From positions 67,704,001 to 67,768,000 of the forward strand of contig OZ024746.1 in assembly GCA_964016885.1 (NCBI GenBank): a stretch of 64,000 nt of DNA. Direction: 5' to 3'. Of this stretch, positions 1-10,423 are shown piece after piece (positions within the stretch are counted from its first letter, which is position 1; the number at the start of each line of letters is the position of its first letter). The notes below the pieces were generated by a model. It did no database searches and was not told the DNA's origin. It was given only the letters and a program-made list of their open reading frames with translations. Made by a program: the position numbers and the translations under genes. The stretch is from Eledone cirrhosa. Its lineage: Eukaryota.

Positions 1-94
1 TCCGTCATCAGTAATATTTACTCGGTCCTGAGACGAGAATAGACTAAATTTTTCGTATGAAACATCAGCTGGATATGCGCATTTGCATATGGTG

Positions 95-130
<36 letters not shown>

Positions 131-445
131 CAAAGATGGTGTGGTAAGATACCAGGTGGACCATAACGCACCAGAGTACTCAATACTTAGGTTAGTAGAA
201 TTGGTAATAGGAAAAGAATCAGGACCCACCCCAACGGCTGAGCTTTGGCTCAAATCCGAACGGCCGGAGCTCAGCCGTTGGGGTCCTGATTTTTTCCTAT
301 ATATATAATATATATATATACATATATATACATATATATATATATATATAGCACCATATGCAAATGCGCATATCCAGCTGATGTTTCATACGAAAAATTT
401 AGCCTATTCTCGTCTCAGGACCGAGTAAATATTACTGATGACGGA
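1..445. repeat. Inverted repeat, arms 1-96 and 350-445; the left arm runs off the window
   Basis: 1-96 is the reverse complement of 350-445 with one mismatch. Both arms abut (TA)n tracts and include the CTGATGA half of a hammerhead core. Confidence 0.95.
131..298 (+). mobile_element. Short repeat embedded in (TA)n; homologous to 48038-48168; probable PLE terminal-repeat remnant
   Basis: Shares gtggtaag..accaggtggaccataacgcacca.agtactcaatacttagg and gagctcagccgt.ggggtc with the 48 kb copy. Flanked by TA tracts on both sides. Confidence 0.7.
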
Positions 446-470
446 TACAAGTCCAGAAACAGCTGTCTGA
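431..470 (+). ncRNA. Minimal type I hammerhead ribozyme (PLE terminal-repeat type)
   Basis: CTGATGA (435-441), stem II gga/tcc, GAAA (456-459), palindromic cagctg stem III and a GTC site after 467. Stem I is short (tta/tga). Confidence 0.75.
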
Positions 471-1488
471 CCTTCTCATCACTACTGAGATAGCTGTAAC
501 ATAACATGACCATAGGTTTTAATACTTCTTAGGGAGACTCTTGTATGTTTCTTATACATAAATATACCGTTTATGCTTTCATATACAAACAACTACTCTA
601 TGAACCACATTACGTTAGTACCCCTTCTAATATATATAAGAGAGAGAGATAGTGTATGTGTGTGTGTATGTGTGTAATATTCCTATAATTTATTTCTAAA
701 TGTATGCAATCAGTATGCAGTTTACATGGTTCTATATGTACATATGTATACAACAAATACCATACGTGTGAAATAAATGAAATATATGCAAATACATCAA
801 AGGATTTGTCTTTTCTATACATGACTGTGTTTGTAGCTGGTTTTGCCGACATATGTCTATTCGTCTGTCGGTCATTGTGTCTATGTCTGAGAATTGTGTT
901 TGTGTCTGTATATTTATATTTAACTGGTATATATAAAATGCATACGAACTTCACTTCCAGCACTTAAATAATTTCAAATTCTCACACGGAATCACGTGTA
1001 GTTGCATTATATATACTAGCAGAAAAAACACCCTTCGGGGGGTTTTCTGCTGGCATGTGTAGTGTGTATATTGATAATATACGCAGGTATATATACATGT
1101 AGATATGATACATCAAATAAAATCGTAATTGACAATATATAATACATAGAAATTGAACGAAGACTGCGTTACACTGTCTTATTTAATCAGTAACGTAATC
1201 CATGATACATTAAAAAAGACTATATTATATATAAACTGCATTAGGAGAAAATTAGTGACAGAAAATTAGTATCTTTATTTAAGCGATGGACAACCGGAAG
1301 TGTTGACATTCAGAAATTTTAAAGAAGTGAATCTTTAAATAAACAAAATATATTTAATCAACAGCCACGGAATTTAGTAGATAAATTATGTAATATTCAT
1401 TCATTATTTATTCAAAGTAATCCAACTTATTTTACTAATGGGATAAAAAATTATAAACCGTACGCAGTCCCGCGCTCCTTACTTTATT

Positions 1489-1520
<32 letters not shown>

Positions 1521-1632
1521 ATGGCTGACTGAATACAGACGTGTCTTTTTTTTTTTTTTCACAAAAACAAATGTTTCGGTTCTTTCCCCTTCTCACTTTC
1601 CACCTTATTCTATCTACTGATGAAGGACTAGT

Positions 1633-2028
1633 ATTCAACGTACATTGGTTGTTGCCACTGGATCGCTGTTTAGATTGGTGTCCTTGCAGTGAAGGGGTGG
1701 AGTGTGCTAATTGTATGTCCAGTCCTTCGTTGCGGATGGCTCTGCGGATAGCTGTGTTTATGATTTCATTGAAGTGTGGTCCTTTCATGAAGCAGGTGTT
1801 AGATGCTTACGGCGCCTTTGATTCCTAAGACGATTCACTGCTGATGTTTGGTGTCCGTTCGTCATCCATGAAGTGTGCAGTGTGATTGACCTGATCTTCT
1901 GTCTTACTGCATTTATTGTGGATACGCGTAAGTTCATTTCTGATATAGCCGGTATTAGCACCAAGGGGAAGGGCTTACTTATAATGCACAAACAGGTCTC
2001 TGCTGGTAGCTTTCCTATAGAAGTTGGT
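1633..2028 (-). pseudogene. Penelope-like RT C-terminal (thumb) fragment
   Basis: Minus strand reads TNFYRKATSRDLFVHYK*ALPLGANTGYIRNELTRIHNKCS, matching the PLE FYRK...HY.SALP...IRNE..RI...CS pattern. It has a stop codon and frameshifts. Confidence 0.7.
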
Positions 2029-2207
2029 GTATATATATATCGCCTTTTTCTGTTATCCTAGCAGGGACAGGGAACCAATATCTCATATGGGTGTTCTACG
2101 GTGAATCTTATGTAATTATTTATGTTTGAGAATGTCGTAGATATCATCACGGCCTCTTCACGGTAGTTAACTTTATAAATATATATATATATCGACAGTC
2201 GATCGAC

Positions 2208-2413
2208 TTTCGTCAAATAGGACCGAGGAAACAATGTTCCCGTTGGTCTTTCCAATTGCTAATACTATCTATTGATCGCAATTCCAGGTAGAAGGAGCAA
2301 TGTGAAATAAAGTGTCTTGTTCAAGGACTTAACTCATCTTACGGTCCAGGAATCGAACTCACAACCTCATGATTGCGAATCCAATTCTCTTACCACTTAG
2401 CCACGCGCCTTCA
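2208..2413 (-). mobile_element. tRNA-derived SINE; same family as 52428-52625
   Basis: Minus strand has A-box tggctaagtgg and B-box gagttcgattcc, followed by gtccttgaacaagacacttta. The tail is shared with the 52.4 kb copy. Confidence 0.8.
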
Positions 2414-2482
2414 TCCATATATATATATATACACACACACACATACACATGCATAGTAGAGACTCACTAAACTAAATATAAT

Positions 2483-2663
2483 TGTTGCTACTTTAGGCAC
2501 AAGGCCAGCAATTACCCAGTCCATTACTGGTACTTTATTTTATCGACCCCGTAAGGATGAAAGGTAAAGTTAACCTCGGCCGGATTTGAACTCAGACTGT
2601 AAAGGGACGTAACTATGCTAGAAAGCATGGCGTCCAACCCTCTACCGATATTGCCAATTCACC
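2483..2663 (-). mobile_element. Major tRNA-derived SINE (Meta-domain-like core)
   Basis: A-box tggcaatatcggtag, B-box gagttcaaatcc and core cctttcatccttacggggtcgataaaataaagtaccag. A 13-bp TSD aactaaatataat lies at 2470-2482 and 2664-2676. Confidence 0.9.
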
Positions 2664-2749
2664 AACTAAATATAATGAATGGAAAAACAATAATCCACTG
2701 AGACTGTCACCGCAATTTGAAAACAAAACTTACCAAAGTTAGCTAGCCA

Positions 2750-2930
2750 TGGCAGTATCGGTAGAGGGTCGGACACCATGCTTTGACGCATAGAGTTTCG
2801 GCCCTTGCAATTCTGAGTTCAAATCCCGCCGAGGTAAACTTTGCCTTTCATCCTTACGGGGGCGATAAAATAAAGTAACAGTAATGCACTGGGTAATTGC
2901 TGGCCTTGTGCCAAAAGTAGTTACAATTAT
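2750..2930 (+). mobile_element. Major tRNA-derived SINE
   Basis: Same A/B boxes, core and tail as 16750-16935. Confidence 0.9.
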
Positions 2931-4664
2931 TAATGTGTGTTATGCGTAGAGATAGACAAACAGCTACACTGATAGACAGATAGTCAGCCTATGAACTTTT
3001 CAGCCGACCCTCGTAAATAGGTCATTATCCTATTGCATTTGACAAGTACTTTATTTTCTTGATACCGAAAGTATAAAAGGCAATGTTGATGTCGATTCGA
3101 TTTGAACCCTGAGTGAAAGGATCTCGAACAAATACTGCAACAAACGCTCAAACAACACTTCCAATTCGCCACCCGATAAACACTGCCGGAGGGTGGGGGA
3201 CATATTACTCAGCTAACGTACAATTATTAGAAAAGTGGCAGACTGATATCTGATGCCATTCTGAAGAAAGATCACAGTACCAGTATTGTGTTTCGAACGA
3301 ACGACTTGTCATGTGAGAGACAATTTAGTTGTTCATTCTTTTATTAGGGCACCATAAAGTGATGCACACGTCTGATTTCAATCGATACAAGACATGGAAG
3401 ATAAAACATCGCTAGAGATAGCACCACCTATACATTTTTATTCCATTTGCAATTACAGAATGTCTTTATCTATTTTTTGTGTCGTTCCACAGTTAATTAA
3501 AATGCTAATTAGAATGTAAATATTCATTACGTCTGTGATTTTTTTTAAGTGTGAGATTAAATTATTTTGGAGTGTTTCAAACAAATATTTACTGTATTTA
3601 AATTAATCTGTAAATATTCATTAAATTGGGTGCCGATTTCTTTGAAGAAATTTATGGGAAAATATTTTTCAACCAGTTGTGTTTCCCAGCATAGCATGGG
3701 TAATGAATTATTTTTGGAAAGCCTAGGATGTGTAAATTTATATATAGCTATGTAAGTTCTCCAACAAGTTGTGACTACCCTTGTATCTGACGCACTTAAT
3801 ATGATATAGGCTGTTGCACACACACACACGCAGGTATCAATTATTAGCCACGTATACAGAGAGAGAGAGAGAGAGAAGAGTCAGGATGGAATGAAAAGGA
3901 AGACTAACATTACTAGTGAACTATGATCCGAAACTTAACCACATTGATCCGATACCTATTCTGTGTTATGTGAACTGTGACAAAGTGAAGTCAGGTGAAG
4001 ACTTATGTCTAATCACAAAAGGAAATGGCATCAGCAGATTGAAACCAATGATTCCTGAGACAACAATTTAGCCTCTATGTATCACAACCTACTAAAAATA
4101 TTAACCAACTTCCTTTTAATTCACACAGACAGACAGATAGATAGAGGAAGATTACATCAAATAATATAATCCTAGATACACACTACCTATAAAATGGATA
4201 AGATTATCACAGCTTCAAAGGTTTTGATCAAAGGTAAGCTTTATCAGGGCTACACAACTGTATACATAATCAAAATTGTTTTAGATTCAGCTGTTATCTC
4301 TACAGTTCCAAAAATAGACTATGGTGGCGTAGTGTATATTAATCAAATTATATCTGAAAAATAGGGGGTGGTTCATGGACGGGACACCTTGATAAAGTTT
4401 GACCTGGGATTAAACAACAAAACTATGATACATATATGTAGCGAGTGAATACAAAGTAATAAGCAAACATCTTTGACTAGTCAGGATTATGATGTTATTT
4501 TGATTTTTCGTTCAAGTTATAATGACTTTCCATTTCTATATCCTCTTTTCAACAAACGCCAAACTTTTGATTTATCTTTCGATTCATCAATGTATACAAT
4601 ATATCTTTAAAATTAAATGGCTTTGTTTACCCGATACAGCTGATTTATACGTCTCTTAACGGTT

Positions 4665-4840
4665 GTTCAATGTACTAGAATCAACAGCCAAATCTCACTC
4701 ACAGCATACTGTCTTAGAAAAGAAGACATTGAATAATGTAATGGTAGATGCATAGCACCTAGGAAATTGATGGAGTCGTTATAGCTGGAACATCATTTAA
4801 CGTGGGTTTTCTCGATCCGAACTAACCTATCACTAAACAA
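4665..4840 (+). repeat. Decayed dispersed retro-repeat 3' end; related pieces near 7430-7615, 10245-10423, 15440-15680, 21270-21430 and 22330-22455
   Basis: Recurrent motifs ctagaaat.gcagc..aatctc...ctgtctta and gctggaa...taggtctgctcgatc...aaacaacaa. Confidence 0.6.
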
Positions 4841-5408
4841 TCTATTACTTTAGCGCATGGATTTATAATAAAAAGGAAATAACATATTGTGGTGTCGATA
4901 CTTTTATGAAGGGCTGACGGGATATGGTGGTCATAGTTTCAACCAGGTTCAGAAAATGATTTACGGTGGTCATTCACTGCTTCAGAGGGGACGGGAAATT
5001 TTGAGATTTTGAATTTGTCCCTCACCCAAGTGTATTACTTGGAGTTACTTATGTGAAAACCACATTTCGATGTGCTTCAGTTTGCTTCTGAAGTTTCTGG
5101 TTCGTTTCCCACATGATTGTCAAGTCTTTGATAATGAAATAAGTGCACAAGTTCACACACTTTTGGAAGAGGTGATATAGTCGATTCCTTTGACCAGCAG
5201 TACTTTACTGATGCTGACGAATATCGTTAAGGCGCTATATAGTATCTGTTGCACCTCACTGTGCTCTGAGTTCAAATCCTACCAAAATTAACTCTGTTTT
5301 CCAACTTTACGAGGCTCACGAATAAAGTACCAGTTTATAAAGACTTAGCTGCTAACAACATTTGAATTATTCTATATTTTTCGACCCCAGAAAGGATGAA
5401 AGGTATTA

Positions 5409-5586
5409 CCGTATATACACGAATATAAGTCGAGGAATATGTGACTAAAACATCCATGGTAAAATGTCACATTGGCTTGTATACGCCATCTAAACAATGT
5501 GTAGATTTATAAAAGGGGTTTGGATTTTCGCTAATTTCTCAGGCATCGATCTATATTCGGATCGACTTATATTCGAGTATATACGG
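5409..5586. mobile_element. Tc1/mariner-superfamily (Tc2/pogo-like) MITE
   Basis: TIRs ccgtatatacacgaatataagtcga and tcgacttatattcgagtatatacgg, with TA on both sides (5407-5408, 5587-5588). A degenerate right end also occurs near 49445-49488. Confidence 0.85.
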
Positions 5587-8346
5587 TATATTCTTACGAC
5601 CGCAAGAAGGATGAAAAAAAACGTTAACCCCACTTAAATTTGAACTGAGAACACAAGGAACTGTATTCAAATACCGTAAAGCATTTGGGCCAACGCTCTA
5701 CCAATTATGCTACTCTGCTGCCTAAATGTTTGATAATATGGTAGTATAATAATAAATATTTATAATGAAACCATTCTCATGGAATATATTTTGCTTTATA
5801 TTAGACTCAGAAGTATTATAATTTAAAGAACGGTAAACTTAGAATTGAAAAGATTAGATTTTTATGAATTTGTCTGCGTCTGTATGCATTATGTATGTGT
5901 ACCTGTATGTGTTATGTATTTGTATCTGAACCTCTGTGCGCAATTTTGTGGGTGCTGTGTGAGTACGAATATGTTTGCGGGTGTTGTATTAACATGAGTG
6001 TGTGTGTATGTGTGTGTGACTGGGTATTCGTTTTGTTGAGTGCGTAAGAGGACCATTCCCCAAATGATTTATTTTTCTGGTGTTTGCCAATATTTTAGAA
6101 ACAAACAATTAGGAATTTGTTATGAATTCATTCTAAATTTGGAGTTTACGATAAATGACTTTTTTAAGACGACTTACAATAAATGATATTTTAGATTTTT
6201 GATTACTTCTTTTTTATAAGATTTAGAAATTCGATTATACATTTATACAGGCATGTGCGTGTCTGTGCACGTAGTTATATACGTACTTATACATCATTTA
6301 TGCGTGTGGACATCGACGTAACTCTCGGGTATGTGTGTGTAAGTGTTCTCTTGACTAAATACAGTAGAAGTCCTTGATTCGGTTTGCGTTCGAAACCATA
6401 TTAACCTTTCTGTTAAATTACTGGATACTTATGAGATCTTCGAAAGACACGAACAGTACATTGAGTTAAAGTGTCAGTTTCCAGAAATATCTAGCTTCAT
6501 ATTTACATTGAAAAAATAAAAAAACAATTTTCGTTTCTAGTTATTGTCTCGTTTTTGACGCTTGATTACTTATAACAGGATTGACTAACATTTGCGGTGT
6601 TTTATATTGTTATTGCTTTTTTTTCTTCTTTCATTCTTCCTATTTATCTGTTTATCTATTTAATTAATTTAAACGCCCGTCTAGAGTTAATAACCCAGAG
6701 AGACAAGGGGAGGTATCTAGTACTCCTTACAGTTAAAACAACGAAAATAAGCTAGACAGAGAGATAAAAGAATGAAGGCCGACTGAAGGTAAAAGAAGTA
6801 TAAATAAGAATCATAATTATCCGCTCTCACTAATGGGGCTGCGAAGAAGACAATCCTTTGCCAGAATCTCAATGACTTTATATGACCTTTCGCTGATCTT
6901 CAATTTTCGCAACGTTAAGTGAATGAGAGAAAATCCTTCCAATGAATATAATGTTCAGCTAACGCTTGTAGCTTTTGCGAAGGTATTTGTCAAATAATTC
7001 GTAAGCCGAATTCTGATCTTTGACGATAATATCATCTTACTTTTTACAAGTGGGTAGTATGTGATTGTAAAGATGTTTGCCTACTATATTACTTAGTAAA
7101 TAGGAATAGTAAATAGCTAGTAGTTGCTGGATTAATCAAATAAATCGTTATAAGTGCTGAGGATTTTATAAGCAGCTGATTTAGTAAGATAAAACGAGCA
7201 CTCCGACGAGACCAAGACGTAGTTTCGTCACCCACCTCCGAGGTTTAAGCTCTTTCACATTACTTTCATTGATAATGCTATTGGAAAAGACATGAACATC
7301 ATATAGTAACTTTTGGTACCCCTAAAATATAATATAACATCTTTGTACGTAATTGGAAGGAACACAAAAGTAAAAAATATTTCTTATTATTGTGGCGACA
7401 ACAACAGCAATATTAACTCAAACCAACGAAGGAGCCTGTAAGTGACCTCTTGATATGCTAGAAATACTGCTTAAATCTTCAACTTACATAGTACTGTCTT
7501 AAATTATACATTAGATAATATAGTTCGACAAACCCTAGAAGTTGGGATTTTCACGGCTGAAATGACTGAATTACTCAATTGAGGTTGGTTTATGGGTTAC
7601 ACAAACAACAAAAACAGCAATATCAACTCAATTATTCTTTTACAGTACATAAGTGATGTGAGTGTAGTTACAAATAGAAATATAAACCAGACAATGAAAT
7701 CGCTTTGTATGTAAATGTCAAAATATTTAATGCAGGAGACATTAAAAAATCTTAAAAGTAGATTATATTATATGCTGGAATAATAAAGTAACATTTGATG
7801 ATGACAAGAACAAAATATCAACGCCTGACATCATAGTAAGCTTTTGAGCTACATCAGTGGATGTGTAGCATTCTTGAAACGTGTTTTTGCTGGAAACTAT
7901 CAATGTAGGTCGTCCGCAGCAGAATTTTCATTAGATTCGTTGCTTGAGTGCAAGGCCATTTTTATTTTGCAGAAGAATACAAGAGTTATTTCAAATCGAT
8001 ACCACAGTAAAATCCACCCTAATGCGTTTCAATCTCATACGATTAGAGTATAGAAAATATTGTATAAACTATTATATAAATATCTGTTACTCAATCATTA
8101 CTACCACTAACGTAGCAATGATAATTAGAATGCGAGTAAGAAAATAAGGGTGATAAGAATAGGCATGAGTTGAATTTGAAACACATCATATAATAGGGAG
8201 TAAATATGAGAAATAATGCACATTCAGCAAAGATTCCTTTCTTTATTGTCGGTTTATAGATCTAACAAGCCTTTTAAATACAATCACATCTTTCTTGTTG
8301 CCTCGTGTTATACACAGATATATATATATATATATATATTTATTTA

Positions 8347-8542
8347 TTTATCATATTTGTGTCCGTATATATATATATTTATCATATTTGTGTCCGTATA
8401 TATATATATATATATATATATTTATCATATTTGTGTCCGTATATATATATATATATTTATCATATTTGTGTCCGTATATATATATATATATATATATATT
8501 TATCATATGTGTCCGTATATATATTTATCATATTTGTGTCCG

Positions 8543-8573
<31 letters not shown>

Positions 8574-8606
8574 CATATTTGTGTCTGTTTATATATATAT
8601 ATTTAT
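8347..8606. repeat. Minisatellite of 7 copies of tttatcatatttgtgtccg separated by variable (TA)n
   Basis: The unit is directly visible and the spacers are TA runs of differing length. Confidence 0.95.
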
Positions 8607-9699
8607 AATGTGTGTGTATGTGTGTTACTAGCATTATATATATTTATTTATATATCTATTTATATTTATTTGTATGTGTATTTACGTATTTATTTATTTA
8701 TGTGTGTGCGCGCGAGCGTGCGCGTGTACCTTTAACGATTTTCTCTTGTCATCCTTAGAACGTAACACATTTAGAAAGTTTTTAATGGGTGGAAATAAGT
8801 AGAGATGAAACATCTTTTACCTTCCAAATCTTGATGAAATCAGCTTCAATGGAACCAAGTTTAGTGAAAAATAAGAAACAGACCCGATAGTCAGAAATAT
8901 CTAAACTAATTGCAGCCTTATGTTCTTGAAAACAGATCACAATAAATCTTTAAAGGAGGAGGAAAACATCTTCTGTAAATGGCGTTTTTTAACGCACCTC
9001 ATACACTGAAAATATATCATTCTTGCTAATAGTGTGTCTTTTTTTTTGTGTGCGTGTTGTTGTTGGTTGAGGTGGTGGTGGTAGTGGTGGTTGTGTTTTC
9101 ATTTTTCAAGTTTCTTTGATTATTACTTTCATCTCTAAAGTAGTTGATGAAGTTTTCAATAGCTTTCCTCAAAACTGTGTGTGTGTGTGTCATGTCGGCG
9201 TTACTATAACTGAAGTGTAATATATTTGTATGCTGAAGTTTTGGGGGGGGGGGATTTTTTCTCTGTGTTGTGTTATGCTCTGCTGTGTCTTGAGTATTAG
9301 CAACCAGCCAACAAATTTTTTCTTGCATCATTTAGCTGATAGAGAATCTGGAAATAGGCAGGGCCCGTCTCGCTGATTAAGTAGAATATAATCAATATAA
9401 TGTTCAGAAGACTGTATACTTTTGGTCTTCCTGGATAAGAGACAATGCTGGCAATAGGGACAGAAAATGAAACGTTTTTGTGTGTCATGAGAAAGGGGAA
9501 ATATTTAACGTTTAAAGATGATTTATTCAGCGATAACGAAAAGGAAATTTGGACTACAATAAAATACCGAAGTAGAACTAATCTAAGAAATCAATTTCAC
9601 ACTAATTTCTCAAGTTCACCGATGCGTTGGGAGGGGATTTTTGCAATGAGAAATTGGGCGGAAACTCGCAATATATATACATGAAGGCACATAGCTTAG

Positions 9700-9952
9700 A
9701 ATATTGGGACACTTTATTTCACGTTGCTCCAGTTTACCCAGCTTTAGAAATGAGTTGCGACGTCACTGGTACCAAGCTGTATCAGCCATTAAATTTCCCT
9801 TGGACGAGATCGGTGGCGTGGAGACTGGCATGCATGGGCGATTGCTGGACTTCCACAAACAACCTGGGCCGGGCTTGTACCTCGGAGGAAAACTTTCTAG
9901 GTGACAATCTCATGGTCATTCATTACCGAAGAGGGGGGGGGGTATTTACCTT
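9700..9952 (+). mobile_element. 5'-truncated SINE; same family as 63152-63466
   Basis: Shares aaatgagttgc..cgtcactg, tgcatgggc.a.tg.tgg and aacttt.taggtg with the 63.2 kb copy, which retains a decayed tRNA-like head. Confidence 0.75.
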
Positions 9953-10244
9953 TTTTATATATATATATACTAGCATTAAAGCCCGGCGTCAGTAAGTTAC
10001 CAAAGTTAGGTTGCACCACCCATTTTATGGCAGCACGTTTTTGTCTGCCAGGCACTGGGTGAATGAATTGCAGACCTGGACTGCCGAAGCAGGAGTTGCG
10101 CCACCAGTGACAATTGTAGTTTCGCCTATGGATATTATCTCTGTGCAAAAAAGTGTTGAAATTTATTGTTTCACAGTACTTGCGCAACACGCGCGTAGAC
10201 GATGCCAGCCGAACAACAGAGCTGCGATGGAGTTGGTCTGCATG

Positions 10245-10423
10245 GTTTCTAAATTTAAGACAGTAGGGAGTGGTGTGATATGGGGAGAGTTAGCTGCTGT
10301 TTCTAGCAGGTTTAGTGACCTCGTAGAGGATATGTTTTCTAAATTTAAGACAGTAGGAGTGGTGTGATATGGGGGAGAGTTAGCTGCTGTTTCTAGCAGG
10401 TTTAGTGACCTCATAGAGGATAT
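10245..10423. repeat. Tandem direct duplication of about 89 bp
   Basis: The stretch tttctaaatttaagacagtagg...gtgacctc.tagaggatat occurs twice head to tail. Confidence 0.9.

Noticed and set aside
3255-3318. CTGAAGA followed by a hairpin, resembling a hammerhead
   Set aside because: GAAA is replaced by GAAC and stems I and III pair poorly. At most a relic.
8216-8735. Overlapping Y/I-rich ORFs and a CRISPR-like repeat pattern
   Set aside because: The ORFs are translations of a minisatellite. The spacers are only TA runs, there are no cas genes, and the context is eukaryotic.
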